Source: Eutreptiella sp. 'Long Island Sound 2002' (lineage: Eukaryota; Protista; Euglenida). From it: a DNA stretch of 64,000 nt. The stretch is taken from positions 2,480,001-2,544,000 of the forward strand of contig OZ038379.1 in the NCBI GenBank assembly GCA_964036045.1. Reading direction: 5' to 3'. Position numbers and translations under genes: made by a program. The notes under the pieces are model-generated. The model was given only the letters and a program-made list of their open reading frames with translations. It was not told the origin of the DNA and did no database searches. Shown piece after piece: positions 1 through 14,200 of this stretch (within the stretch, counting starts at the first letter, position 1; every line of letters starts with the position of its first letter).

Positions 1-339
1 TGTGGTCCTCAGCTGGATACCGTTCCCATACCCACTCTTCGCTCTGTCTTTGCCTCCGGTAGCTCCAAGATGGAAACGTTTTTGTTGCCATTTCCCCCAC
101 ACATTGGTTTCCCATACGGTGGGGTTCGTTTGTCGCCACTTTTGATTCCGTCTCCTCTCCTGCAAATCCCAAGACAATTGGGGCCATACTGCCAATTTGC
201 CCCTCTATGGGGCTTCATCACGATAAGGCTTATGTCTCCAACTGCTTGCAATTTGAGCCAATGTTCCTCAACTTTTCTTGTTGTTTACTTGGAGCTCATG
301 TCTTTGGTTGAGTATGATACAACACAGCAACAACGGCGT

Positions 340-735
340 TCAACGTTGCTGTGAGACAGCCAACTTCAAGCCTTGCACATCCAATGCCTCCAAACTCACT
401 TGCGTGCTGTGGGAAATCTTATTTCTCTCCAAGTTGAGGTCGAATATCCTCGGCATCAGGACAGTGCTGAAGTCAACAAGGGCGCTGGCACCACTGGACG
501 CAATCATATTTCCCGCAAGGTCTAAACGGAGGCTGTCCAGCTGTGGTGCACCGAGGAGAGCCAAACATTTGGCGCCTTCATCCGTGACTTTATTGAACCT
601 CAGGTTCAGATCAAGGTGACGAAGACATCTTGCTTCGTGTAGCCCTGCGAGGGCCTGAGCTCCCTTGTCTGAGATTTTGGGTCCTCGGTCCTTCCCTTCC
701 AAATTTAGCTTCAGCGAACGGAGCCTTGGGGCTAA
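340..735 (-). pseudogene. RNI-like leucine-rich-repeat protein fragment (3-4 repeats)
   Basis: LRSLKLNLEG...ISDKGAQALAGL; LRHLDLNLRFNKVTDEGAKCLA; LDSLRLDLAGNMIASSGASAL fit LxLxLxxNxIxDxGAxxLA. In-frame TGA at 736-738 and no ATG start, so a last exon or a decayed gene. Confidence 0.75.
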
Positions 736-2149
736 TCATGGACCTTGGGGAGCCCAATTTTCTTCGGCTCCTTTTCGGTAAGTTGTTCGTCAGCTACCTC
801 GGTGTCTATGCTATTAAAGCAGCAAGGGTGGCTGCAGCTAAACTTGCACTTTCTTTAGTGGTGTCCTTTCTTCTTCGCCTTTGTCGATGTGTGTGATCGG
901 TTCTTAGATAAGCTTAGGGACCAGAGAGGGTAATGGCTTGAGTATAGGGCAGGGAATAGTAGTCATGCCAGAGTGCCTTGAATCACGGTGTGCTACCAAA
1001 GGTCTTCCCTCTGCTTTTGGTTTACTTAGTAAAATCAAGCAAGGGCATGCAGAAACAACAAGGCACAAAATCAACACCGAGAAGTGCAATTAGCTAGTAA
1101 TGTCCCCATAGATCAAAACATTGAATGCAACATAATAAAGGCTAAGGAATATATGAAAATACATTGAAATAATGCCGAAAATCACAATTCTTCAAATGGC
1201 CATTGGCACCTTAAAACTTCCAGTCATGCTCAGTGTGTCACCATATCATGACTTCCTAACGAGTGCATAACTCAGCACGAATGCATTCAAACATAGGCAT
1301 GTAGCCCCTCAAAACGATCCAGTGTTAATGAAAAGTACAATGCCACATATAACACTCATATATACAATGATAGGGACTGGGCAAACTAGTAATTAACTAC
1401 AAAGATGCAGAAATCAGAGGTAGAGCAATAGAAACATACGAGTAATTGGGCAGTTTTCAACAGAAGTCGCCCTACCCAATGGTCCGCAAGGAGTTCGGAG
1501 AATCGTGCTACTTTAGGGTTCTTGGGCAGCATTGTAGGTTCTGGAACGACAAATCCATCTCATAGGACGGATATTGCCTCTCCAAGGCAACCGGGACATC
1601 GGCAAACATGGCAGACCTTGTCACAATTTGCTTCAAGTGCTTCTCTAGGTACTTCGTCTTGCAACACTGGAGGACCATATCGTACTTGACGCACCCACTT
1701 GCGTGGGTTAGTCCGGTCATCCTCGGGAATCTGCCGAAGCTCTTGGCAAATTGACCTTCAAGGAGTCCAATTGCTTGCAATTGGCCAAATATGTCCGGTT
1801 TTCAGCGAAGAATTTTTTTTGAACTGGAGGTTTCTTTTAAATTATGTGGTCCCACATCTTGTCGTACAACAATGGGGCTCCGTCTTTTTGCCATCTCCTT
1901 TAACGATGGACCCAATGTTTTTGGAAAGTGGCCCTCAAACTAGTTGATCAAGTTGTTGGCCTTCGAAGAGTCGTGGAGTTGTTGATCATCCCATTATCCT
2001 CGCCACAACGCCGTGAATGTCGGGTACCTTCTCTAGAATCCGTCAATTCTTGGTTGTTCGCCGAGGTTTTGGAAATAAACGGTAACCACTTTGGATGGCG
2101 TGCCTAAGATAGTGGGTGTGATTATGTCTCCACCTTCGGTTCCGGCTCC

Positions 2150-5100
2150 ACTTCCGGGAGCCCCGTACGCCAAGTGTTATGTAGCCAATTTGCTCACATG
2201 CCGCCACTTTTGATGGCTTCTCCACTTCGCGTTTCCCCAAGACGGCAAGGGATGCGTAGCCACGAGCGTCGCCAAGCGGGCCGGGCCAAGTACTACTAGT
2301 CAAGGCACACCATGACGGTGCACATGATGTTCGTGCACAGGTCCAGCATCGGTGCGGCGGGGTCCTCCTCGGTCGCGTGGGTCGTGGCCGCCACCGCATG
2401 GTCCGCCGCCGCGACGGCATCTTCTGCGGCGTGCTCTTCTGCGGGGCATACCGTTCCCTCCCTCGGCGTCGCCTCCTCCACATCCTTTCTTTTCTTTCGC
2501 TCAGCCCCCGACGGAGGCGAGCACTTCGGCGGTGACCTTCTTGCTGAGCCGGTTGCGATCTCCTGCACAGAAATGAAGTGGAGAAGGGTGCAGTCGGGGA
2601 CATGGCATTCAACTGGTGAACACACACCCTCCATAGGATGGGCCACTGTGTTCGCATCGGCGTCATTTTTTCATCAATACGTTCCAGTGTATAACAGCGG
2701 GCAGGCCCTGAGGACTCCCTTCTCCATTTCTTGGATGTCCAGCATTGCTATCGATATGGCTTGGGGTATCAAGTCAAAGCATTTGGTGTAATGAGTGCCC
2801 ACCCCCACCAAGGGGGTCTTCAGGACGTGGGACAGCTCAATCAATCTCCACAACGACAAGGCTGTGTTGCCACTGTTGCCCTCAATTCCGGGACCCTCAA
2901 GATGGCAGGGGTTTTGCAGCCAATGAGCGTAGTTCTCAGCCCTAAAGAAGGCATGGCCTATCAATCCACTTTTGATTCTGCCCAAGTGTCAAGGGCGCCC
3001 AAGACGATAGCCATTAGGCAGCCCATTTGCCAACGTGTGGGCGCCCCAACTTCGGAGGATTGTACAATATGTAGCCACTTTTGTTTGATTGAAGTTGCAC
3101 CTGTGGAACGCCACAGTTTGCAAGGCCTATGTAGCTAGTGTTCATTCCTACCTCGGGCACCTCCACAACGGCAAGCGTTGTTTACCCCCCTTGGGTTCCG
3201 TCCCTATTTCAAGGACCCCTAAGATAGGGGTTATGTTTCGGATTTGCCCACATGTGGGTCCTCAACACGGCAATGGTTATGTAGCCACTTTAATTACCTC
3301 TCCAGTTTGGTGACCCCAAGAAGGCAACACTCGGTACCCAATTTGCCAACATGTCGGCCCCGAAGATAGCATGGGTTATGTAGCCATGTTTTGGTTCCGT
3401 TTCCGTTTCCGTTCCGTTTCTGCTTTACATGGAGGCATCCTCATCCGAACGTAGTAGAGGGTAGCTGCCACCCATCCCGGAGGGATTCTCCAAGGCCCTA
3501 TGGGACTCCCATCACAGGACCCCCATCAGAGCGGGGATTCAAGATCCTTTCTTCTGAGACCGGACTAGGTTGTGGGTGGGCGTGACCACACTAGAGGACT
3601 GGGACTCGTGTCCCGCGACTAGCTGCCGACCGGTGATCCAATGGGGGGTCGTCATAGGCCAGCAGTGAAAAAGCAGCCCATTGTTGCATATGATGTGGAG
3701 AGATTTGTGCCCGTGACTCATGTTGTGCACATGCAAGCCGCAAGGAGGCAGTGCTTGACGCAGGACTAGATGTCAGCACCGCTTCGTGCACACCGTTTGA
3801 CGGGGGCTCTACGGTATACTAGAGTCCGTGTGAGATCGTTTGGTCGTCGGTTACAAGTGACGAGCCCCCTGGCATGCTACTCGCACTAGCATGGCCAAGT
3901 AGGGGTCCACTTCCAGCGCGCTGGTGCCACTCGTGTTAAAGTGTGGTGCAAAGCCGTGTTGCTCCCCCCACCTCCACCCATAGCATGTTTTGGTCCCCGA
4001 TGGTGCCACGTGTTGTTGCCGAGAAACCTAGGAGCCGGGCAAGTGCATCAAGGCGGCCCGTACCGCAGCCCTCCGGGCAGCCTCCTGTTCCGCAACCAAT
4101 GCCTCCACAGGGCCGGCCCCCTCGTGCGGAATCAGTGTATATTACTTCATGCAATGCACCTACTATGCAGATCGGTGTGGAAGGCGCAAAACGCTTGCGC
4201 CAACAAGCTTCAAGACCGGGTTGATGTTCGCCCCCCCCCCCCCCCCCGCCAACACACCCCACACTGGTCTACGCTGCAGTGTAGCAAGCAAAACACTGAA
4301 CAATGTGGTTATGACCATGCGCCTGTGACACGGGGGCGTATGCGAGCCCAGTTTCCGTTGCCTCATGGCCAACACACCCCATCACACGCACAATCGTTCC
4401 CCCTTTCTCCTCAGTGCACAGACACTCAGCGCCCCAGATCCCACATCCAAAGGCAACTGGACAATGGCGTGGCGGGCGGGCGTTGGGGGTCACACATCTC
4501 TACGCCCCAAAACACTCTCGTAGCGGCACGAGTCCTCGTTGTGGGTTGGTGTTGGCAATAATTGGAAGGGGTATCATGTGTGTTCTCTTTGCCGGCAGCT
4601 AAGGGGGGGGGGGGGGATGTCCATGTTTCTCCGGCCCGTGATAGCGTTACATAGTTCGGCAGTGTTTGCACTTTCAATCCACATCATTTCGCCTGCATTC
4701 GGGCCCCCAACACGGCACGGTTTATGTAGCCATCTTTTGTTGCTCTTACAAGTGTGGTGTATCAAATTAGCCCCATTGTGGTCCTCATAAGGGTATGACT
4801 CGAAGAGCCACCGTTCATTTAGTCCTCATCTTGGTACCCCCGAGATGCCACGGGATTCGTATGCATTTTGCCCACATAGGGGCTCCCAATACGCTAAAGT
4901 TTAAGACGCTACTTTTCATTTTCTCTCCACTTCGTTGAACTCCAAGCGCAAAGCGGTTCTCTAGCCAACATGTCCACTTGTGCCCCCTCATGATGGCAGG
5001 GCCTATTCAACCCCTTTTGATTCCGTCCCCACTCTAGGAAACCCCAAGGCTAGGGGGACATCCAACATAGCAGTGACTATGTAGGGCATTCGGCCACATG

Positions 5101-5900
5101 TGGGCCCTCAAGACAATGCAACTTATATAGCTCTTTTTGGTTCGGTCTCCGTTTTGGGGACCCTCAACATACCTAAGGTTTTTGTAGCCAATTTGCCCAC
5201 ATGCGGTTCCCAACAGAATCCGGTTCGTGGAGCCACTTTTCACCCCGTCCCGCTTTAGGGATTTCGAAGTTGGTAGGGTTTATGCAGTAATGTTCGCTTG
5301 CATCCCCACTTTGGTAAGGCCCAAGACAACAAATGCCACGGTTAGAGTTAGGGTTCTGTTTAGGGAAGAGTTACGAAACAACTTTGCCCACGCATGGGCT
5401 CTCAGAAGGGCAAAGATAATGTAGCCCCTTTAATTGTGCCTGCAACTCGGAGACACTCAAGAAGGGTGGGTTTCTGTAGCCGATTTGCCTACATGTCGGC
5501 TTTGAAGGTAGCATGGGTTATGTAGCCATTTTTTTTGGTTCCATCTGCATTTTGGGGGCACCGGGCTTGCCGGGGTTTATGAAGCCAATTGTAATGTGAT
5601 ACCCGTTGTGCTCAACCCCACGACCATAGCCGTTTTGTCGCCCATTTGTGGGCCACCAAGACGGTAGGGTTTGTCTCCCCATTTATCCGACGTGTGGTCC
5701 TCAGCTGGATACCGTTCCCATACCCACTCTTCGCTCTGTCTTTGCCTCCGGTAGCTCCAAGATGGAAACATTTTTGTTGCCATTTCCCCCACACATTGGT
5801 TTCCAAGACGGCAGGGGTCGTTTGTCGCCACTTTTGATTCCGTCTCCTCTCCTGCAAATCCCAAGACAATTGGGGCCATACTGCCAATTTGCCCCTCTAT
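2150..5900. repeat. Degenerate satellite family with core GG(G/T)TTATGTAGCCA(A/C)TT (also 7840-8936 and 17960-18180)
   Basis: The core recurs at about 2177, 3067, 3275, 3375, 4720, 5182, 5418, 5474, 5517, 5576, 18003 and 18090, interleaved with unique sequence. Minus-strand frames give WLHNPC / GYITPA-type peptides. Confidence 0.7.
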
Positions 5901-6031
5901 GGGGCTTCATCACGATAAGGCTTATGTCTCCAACTGCTTGCACTTTGAGCCAATGTTCCTCAACTTTTCTTGTTGTTTACTTGGAGCTCATGCCTTTGGT
6001 TGAGTATGATACAACACAGCAACAACGGCGT

Positions 6032-6427
6032 TCAACGTTGCTGTGAGACAGCCAACTTCAAGCCTTGCACATCCAATGCCTCCAAACTCACTTGCGTGCT
6101 GTGGGAAATCTTATTTCTCTCCAAGTTGAGGTCGAATATCCTCGGCATCAGGACAGTGCTGAAGTCAACAAGGGCGCTGGCACCACTGGACGCAATCATA
6201 TTTCCCGCAAGGTCTAAACGGAGGCTGTCCAGCTGTGGTGCACCGAGGAGAGCCAAACATTTGGCGCCTTCATCCGTGACTTTATTGAACCTCAGGTTCA
6301 GATCAAGGTGACGAAGACATCTTGCTTCGTGTAGCCCTGCGAGGGCCTGAGCTCCCTTGTCTGAGATTTTGGGTCCTCGGTCCTTCCCTTCCAAATTTAG
6401 CTTCAGCGAACGGAGGCTTGGGGCTAA
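6032..6427 (-). pseudogene. Second copy of RNI-like LRR fragment
   Basis: Identical 120-aa translation to 340-702, within the 5692-bp duplication. Confidence 0.75.
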
Positions 6428-9419
6428 TCATGGACCTTGGGGAGCCCAATTTTCTTCGGCTCCTTTTCGGTAAGTTGTTCGTCAGCTACCTCGGTGTCTA
6501 TGCTATTAAAGCAGCAAGGGTGGCTGCAGCTAAACTTGCACTTTCTTTAGTGGTGTCCTTTCTTCTTCGCCTTTGTCGATGTGTGTGATCGGTTCTTAGA
6601 TAAGCTTAGGGACCAGAGAGGGTAATGGCTTGAGTATAGGGCAGGGAATAGTAGTCATGCCAGAGTGCCTTGAACCAAGGTCTGCTACCAAAAGTCTTCC
6701 CTCTGCTTTTGGTTTACTTAGTAAAATCAAGCAAGGGCATGCAGAAACAACAAGGCACAAAATCAACACCGAGAAGTGCAATTAGCTAGTAATGTCCCCA
6801 TAGATCAAAACATTGAATGCAACATAATAAAGGCTAAGGAATATATGAAAATACATTGAAATAATGCCGAAAATCACAATTCTTCAAATGGCCATTGGCA
6901 CCTTAAAACTTCCAGTCATGCTCAGTGTGTCACCATATCATGACTTCCTAACGAGTGCATAACTCAGCACGAATGCATTCAAACATAGGCATGTAGCCCC
7001 TCAAAACGATCCAGTGTTAATGAAAAGTACAATGCCACGTATAACACTCATATATACAATGATAGGGACTGGGAAAACCAGTAATTAACTACAAAGATGC
7101 AGAAATCAGAGGTAGAGCAATAGAAACATACGAGTAATTGGGCAGTTTTCAACATAAGTCGCCCTACCCAATGGTCCGCAAGGAGTTCGGAGAATCGTGC
7201 TACTTTAGGGTTCTTGGGCAGCATTGTAGGTTCTGGAATGACAAATCCATCTCATAGGACGGATATTGCCTCTCCAAGGCAACCGGGACATCGGCAAACA
7301 TGGCAGACCTTGTCACAATGTGCTTCAAGTGCTTCTCTAGGTACTTCGTCTTGCAACACTGGAGGACCATATCGTACTTGACGCACCCACTTGCGTGGGT
7401 TAGTCCGGTCATCCTCGGGAATCTGCCGAAGCTCTTGGCAAATTGACCTTCAAGGAGTCCAATTGCTTGCAATTGGCCAAATATGTCCGGTTTTCAGCGA
7501 AGAATTTTTTTTGAACTGGAGGTTTCTTTTAAATTATGTGGTCCCACATCTTGTCGTACAACAATGGGGCTCCGTCTTTTTGCCATCTCCTTTAACGATG
7601 GACCCAATGTTTTTGGAAAGTGGCCCTCAAACTAGTTGATCAAGTTGTTGGCCTTCGAAGAGTCGTGGAGTTGTTGATCATCCCATTATCCTCGCCACAA
7701 CGCCGTGAATGTCGGGTACCTTCTCTAGAATCCGTCAATTCTTGGTTGTTCGCCGAGGTTTTGGAAATAAACGGTAACCACTTTGGATGGCGTGCCTAAG
7801 ATAGTGGGTGTGATTATATCTCCACCTTCGGTTCCGGCTCCACTTCCGGGAGCCCCGTACGCCAAGTGTTATGTAGCCAATTTGCTCACATGCCGCTACT
7901 TTTGATGGCTTCTCCACTTCGCGTTTCCCCAAGACGGCAAGGGATGCGTAGCCACGAGCGTCGCCAAGCGGGCCCGGGCCAAGTACTACTAGTCAAGGCA
8001 CACCATGACGGTGCACATGATGTTCGTGCACACGTCCAGCATCGGCGCGGGGGGGTCCTCCTCGGTCGCGTGGGTCGTGGCCGCCACCGCATGGTCCGCC
8101 GCCGCGACGGCATCTTCTGCGGCGTGCTCTTCTGCGGGGCATACCGTTCCCTCCCTCGGCGTCGCCTCCTCCACAGCCTTTCTTTTCTTTCGCTCAGCCC
8201 CCGACGGAGGCGAGCGCTTCGGCGGTGACCTTCTTGCTGAGCCGGTTGCGATCTCCTGCACAGAAATGAAGTGGAGAAGGGTGCAGTCGGGGACATGGCA
8301 TTCAACTGGTGAACACACACCCTCCATAGGATGGGCCACTGTGTTCGCATCGGCGTCATTTTTTCATCAATATGTTCCAGTGTATAACAGCGGGCAGGCC
8401 CTGAGGACTCCCTTCTCCATTCCTTGGATGTCCAGCATTGCTATCGATATGGCTTGGGGTATCAAGTCAAAGCATTTGGTGTAATGAGTGCCCACCCCCA
8501 CCAAGGGGGTCTTCAGGACGTGGGACAGCTCAATCAATCTCCACAACGACAAGGCTGTGTTGCCACTGTTGCCCTCAATTCCGGGACCCTCAAGATGGCA
8601 GGGGTTTTGCAGCCAATGAGCGTAGTTCTCAGCCCTAAAGAAGGCATGGCCTATCAATCCACTTTTGATTCTGCCCAAGTGTCAAGGGCGCCCAAGACGA
8701 TAGCCATTAGGCAGCCCATTTGCCAACGTGTGGGCGCCCCAACTTCGGAGGATTGTACAATATGTAGCCACTTTTGTTTGATTGAAGTTGCACCTGTGGA
8801 ACGCCACAGTTTGCAAGGCCTTTGTAGCTAGTGTTCATTCCTACCTCGGGCACCCCCACAACGGCAAGCGTTGTTTACCCCCCTTGGGTTCCGTCTCTAT
8901 TTCAAGCACCCCTAAGATAGGGGTTATGTTTCGGATCCCCGGGCCAACGTTCCCCGCGACGCACCGCGGGGGTGCTTGCGGAGAGCAGCAGCAGTACGGG
9001 TTCAATGGAGGCTCCGGGGCCCAGGGCGATGGGCTTCCGCTGTGTCGCTCCGGCCCGGATGGCGGGTAGGCACTGCAGCGAATGTTGGAAGCCACAGAGG
9101 TAGAAGTGGCCCACGAACAGCGTGTGCGCCTAGGCCTCTTCAAGGAACCGGATCACGGATTCCCAGATCACGGACGCTAGCCCAAGTGCGGGGTAGTGTC
9201 GCTAGGGTGAGCGACCTGGTCGTCATCCTCATGGAGGCGACGGGTAGGCATCACGCTCTTGATGGTAAATGTATGCCTCAGTCCGAAGTCTTGTGCCTGT
9301 CCCCCCCCCCAGCCCGCACCTCCACCCATAGCCCGTCCCGGAGAGATTGCCCCACCACTTTCGGGTTGCATGCTTTTGCTATTGTAACCACTTGTTGGCG
9401 CTTGGATGGGTTGCAGCCT

Positions 9420-11175
9420 AAAAAGCGACGGCACATTTCTGATTCCATTGCAGGCTTGCCATCATGTTGATACTTGTCACCGGCACACGGTTGTTTTATC
9501 GGCCCTCAAATGCGTGAAAGACAGGCAAGCGTGCGATTTCTTGGGCAAGCCGAATGCTTGGGCTTAATGCTCAACCTTGTTGTTGATATTCCGCAAGGAG
9601 CAACGCCAATTGTTCGGACAAGCGTAGTCAGTCTTCCATACCTTTCGCGTCCGTACTGGCATCCGCTTCCCTTAGGGTTTGAAGAGACACGAACCAAAGG
9701 AGAAAGGTCATGCAGTCCTGGAACACAGGCCTAGGGCTAGTGCCTGAAGGGGATGAAAGGGGATGGGACACACCTGTAGTGGCATTTTAATAGTTCCTAT
9801 TTTCGAGCCCAACCATTTTCAAAGTGTCTACAATGCTTTTTGGTTTGTGATTGTTTCGACTGTTGGGCAGGCTTGTCTACTGCAGCCCGTGCACACCCCG
9901 AATCCGCAAGTGTGGACCCTCCAGCTTTAGTTGACGGATCCTTGGACCGTGGGCGAACAATGCACCACCAAAGCCCAGGATGTGCTAGACTAGTTGTCCT
10001 TGGCTGCAATTGCCGCAGCTGCATTTGGTGTAGCTTAAGTTAGTAAAGCGCCAGACCTTATTGTTGTAGGTGGAGCATGGCCCCGCAGTTGCTTGCCCGG
10101 GACCCTGCACGTGCAGCGCGTGCAGTGAAGGCTGAACGACAAGAATATGGGGGATTTGCATCAAGTCGGTCCAAGGCAATTGTGAGGTAAAAGGTGCTCC
10201 TAGCTACGTTCGATGGTACAGAAGGCCCGGGGTAGCAGTCTGTGGTGGCGGCACCAGCCGGTGTCGCATTGTATACGTTGGTGGGGATGATGCAATGGGT
10301 CAAGGTCAATGGCGAAGCGTGTTGCTGCGAGCTCGAAACTCCATTCCCTTGGGAAACAACCAAAACTCCAATGTCTCTGGTATGAATGTGATGTGTTCGC
10401 TTGGTGGATGCCCCACCAATGGCAGCAAAGGTTGCCACGATGGATTCGATCGCCGCACCAAGGTGGTGCCGCACTCTTTTTGAGAGCAGTTGGGTGATGC
10501 TCCGCAACTGTGCAACTGAAATTATCCATCAACCAGGTCCTACGGTGCTGCAATGCTGCACAGCCATGAGTTCAATGGCCACATATAGGCGTTGCAGGCA
10601 TCCCGAGCACAGCGATTCACGGCTCCCCAAACATAAGTACTATACTTCATTCCAACCTCAAGCACATGCAGCTCTTGCCTAGGTGAAGAATTCCCCCGAT
10701 TTCTTTCCATCGTTGGCACCGTGTCTTGAATCACCAAGTCATACACGCACCGGGTTTTTGGTGTGGGGTTCGGTGTGAGGCCACACTTGTAGCCCGTAAA
10801 CTCGGCAAGGGCGTGTCGCACCGGCTCCGGGTCGAACATGCGGGCCACATAAAGAACCCTCTTGCTTGCAAATCCAATAAAATGAACCACGTTGGTTCCA
10901 ATTGGGTGCAAAGACGCAGTATCTTCCTCGTTGAACGCCATGTCCATAGGAATTTCCAAATCCAACTTCCTATGTGTACCTAGGGAATGGTGTCACAGAT
11001 CGTCATTTTTCCTCGGCCACACATCTACCGCGTCATGCAAACCACTCTGGTGCCGCAACATATGGAGCAGCTCCATTGCATCATAGGTTACCAACCACAT
11101 CCCTCCAAATGTCAACAATCCCAACGCCATGGTGCGTGACTGGGTAACGAAGATGGTGTGAATCACCGTCCAAGT
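9420..11175 (-). pseudogene. Long decayed reading frame of unknown protein with Cys clusters
   Basis: ORFs 10540-10965, 10306-10515 and 9985-10179 plus my translation of 9420-9980 share one frame (~580 codons). It has about a dozen stops, mostly TGA/TAG/TAA explicable by C>T, and no apparent frameshift. Motifs CGASPNC and CSCGNC. Family not recognised. Confidence 0.4.
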
Positions 11176-11295
11176 ATATGGTTAGGTGTTGCACAATCAT
11201 TTCTTGTGCATCATGAATGTTACTTGGCGGCAAACTCCGGGGGAAATTGTTTTCCAAGGTAATGCATGGTTGGGTACACCTTGCGATGCACAACA

Positions 11296-14200
11296 ACATG
11301 GATCCAGCGGCTGCTGCATAGCGGTGGTCTATGACGTACCGCTCCACAACCGCTGCCCCTTTGCCTGCTCAGTGGACTGTCCGCGGGCATCTTCCCGTCT
11401 CATCTTTGTGACACAAAGGTACCTATGGTCTTATAGGGCACTGACGAGCCGAATCACCTCGCAGAGGTTGTTAGATCAAAGCCCGGCAGGCGTATGTAGG
11501 GGAAAACGCCGCATACCCCCCCATTTTGGGGCTTTTTGGGCCTATTCGCGTACCCTACCCTAAGGGGTTGATTTGTTAGTTTAACCCCCTGTAAAATCAT
11601 TATTTTGTCCAATAAACGCATCCGCCAATGAATTTTTGGTCCGGACCTCCCCCCAGACGCCCCCCCACTTGAAACCCACTTTTTGGAGCGTTTGAGGGGT
11701 GGGGGGTGGGGGGGCTGGGGGAGGGGGGTCAAAAAAAGACACCCCCCCTTTTTTTGGGTCGAAAATCATGAATCTTTTTGTTTTTTTCGGTTTTGACCCG
11801 AAAAATTGTTTCCGGGTCCCGACTCCATGGGGTTTCTATGGGGCGGAGTGGGACGAGCGCTAGTGCAATTTGTGCACTTTTCAGCCATTTTTTCTATGTC
11901 GGCGTTTTTGGCGAGCTCGGTGATCATGTGGTACCCACTCTGAGGGGTGTGAGTGGGGATGTTGTGACAGTATATGACTGCTCGGATACGGAAGGACATT
12001 TTTTTGCATTCTCTAGCCCTGCTGAGAGCCGGTCACAACCCGTGCCAAAGACACGGAATGACTGTTTCCACCAATAATGGCCTAGTGAATGGGCCGGTAT
12101 ACAACCTGCTCATGCAGCTTTTCACCCTAGGCAGCTCAAAAAACCAAGTCTTCAAAAACTTTTTATTGATACCATGATCACCTAAAATGACCATCCAAGG
12201 TATGTGAAGCATGTTTTAGGCCGCATTTACGTCGTCTTCACCCGATCGGGATATTAGGTCCGGGGCGGGGGGGTCTCAAGGGATGGGTAGACGACCTGCT
12301 GATGCAATTTTTCACCCTGCGCAGCTCAACAATCGAAGTTTGCGACCCTTCTTTTTTGATATCGCGACCACACAAAAACATCCCAGCTATGTAAAGCATG
12401 TTTTAGGCCGTATCTATGCAGCTTCCACCCTATTTTGGGTGTGTGTTGCTTAGGTGTTGCTTCTTTGCGAGGTGGACTTGCCGAAGGCAATAGAATTTTT
12501 TGCAATTCATTTTTCAGATATTGTGACCACTTACAATCATGAAATATGCTATGTAAAGCATGTTTTAGCCCCCTTTTATGTGGTTTTCACCCACATTTCG
12601 GTATGGGGGGGGGGGATATCCTGTTGGGGCATCATCCCCGGGGCGAGGGGACACCTGCCTTTCCAGCCATGAGCGAACTCAGTAGTTAATTGACACATGG
12701 ATCCAGCGGCTGCTGCATAGCGGTGGTCTGTGACGTACCGCTGCACAACCGCTGCCCCTTTGCCTGCTCAGTGGACTGTCCGCGGGCATCTTCCCGTCTC
12801 ATCTTTGTGACACAAAGGTACCTATGGTCTTATAGGCCACTGACGAGCCAAATCACATCGCAGAGGTTGTTAGACCAAAGCCAGGCAGGCGTATATAGGG
12901 GAAAATGCCACATACCCCCCATTTTGGGGCTTTTTGGGCCTATTCGTGCACCGTACCCCAAGGGGTTGAATTGTTAGTTTAACCCCTTGTAAAATCATTT
13001 TTTTGTCCAACAAACGCATCCGCCAATGAGTTTTTGGTCCAGACCCCCCCAAACCCCCCCCCCCCCGCCACTTGAAACCCACTTTCTGGAGCTTTTGAGG
13101 GGTTGGGGGGGGGGTCAAAAAATGACCCCACCTTTTTTTTGGGTCGAAAATCATGAATCTTTTTGTTTTTTTCGATTTTGACCCGAAAAAGTGTTTCTGG
13201 GTCCCGACTCCATGGGGTTTGTATGGGGCGGAGTGGGACGAGGGCTCATGCAGTTTATGCACTTTTTAGCCATTTTTGGTTTGTTGGTGATTTTGGTAAC
13301 CTAGGGGACCCCGTGGTACCCACTCTGAGGGGTGTGAGTGGGGATGTTGTGACACTATATGCCTACTATAATACGGAAGGACGTTTTTTGCAGTCTCTAG
13401 CCTTGCTGAGAGCCGGTCCATGCCGATGCCAATGACAGTACATGGGTGTTTCCACCAATATTAGCCTAGTGAATGGGCAGGTACACAACATGCAGTTTTT
13501 CACCTTGGGCAGCTCAAAAATCGAAGTCTTTGAAACTTACTTTTATGATATTTTGACCACACGATATGACCATCCAAGGTATGTAAAGCATGTTTTAGGC
13601 CGCATTTACGTGTTTTTCACCCTATTTGGGTATTAGGTCCGGGGGGGGGGGGGGGGTTCCAAGGGATTGGTACACAACCTGCTTATGCAGTTTTTCACCC
13701 CGGGCAGCTCAAAAGTCGAAGTTTTCGAAACTTACTCATTTTGATATGGTGATCAATCAAAATGACCATCAAAGGTATGTAGAGCGTGTTTTAGGCAGTA
13801 TTTACATGTTTTTCACCCTATTTGGGTATTGGGCGCACGGGTGGGAACGGGGTCTCCCAATGGATTGGTACACAACTTCTTATGCAATTTTTCATCCTGG
13901 GCAGCTCAAAAATCAGAGTTTTTGAAACTTATTGTTTTGATACCATGATCACCTAAAATGACCATCCAAGGTATGTAATGCATGTTTTACGCTACATTTA
14001 CGTGTTTTTCACCCTATTTGGGTATTGGCCGGGGGGCCCGGGGGGCATTCCCAAGGGATTGGTACACAACCTGCTCGTGCAGTTTTTCACCCTGGGCAGC
14101 TCAAAAATCGAAGTTTGCGACACTTCTTTTTTCGATACTGTGACCACACGAAATGAACATCCAAGGTATGTAAAGCATGTTTTAGGCCGTATTTATGTAG

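Larger units (their letters stand above)
1..8936. repeat. Near-identical direct segmental duplication, period 5692 bp (1-3244 = 5693-8936)
   Basis: ORF pairs recur at a constant offset of 5692 (9/5701, 340/6032, 1508/7200) with only scattered SNPs. Identity stops at about 8936 (gttatgtttcggat|ccccggg vs ...ggat|ttgccca). Confidence 0.95.

Noticed and set aside
2150-5900. Repeat-spacer look of the GTAGCCA motif (CRISPR-like)
   Set aside because: Repeats are degenerate, spacing is irregular, there are no cas genes, and the context is eukaryotic satellite.
11170-11225. CTRNDCATPNHI resembling a His-Cys box (C-x4-C-x2-P-x-H)
   Set aside because: Flanked by stops, the upstream His is misplaced, and it is in a different frame from the longer relic ORF.
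11420-11520. Hammerhead-like core CTGACGAG (also at 12840) after a cctat/atagg hairpin
   Set aside because: No correctly placed C-GAAA closing stem II, and no stem I/III register could be built on either side.
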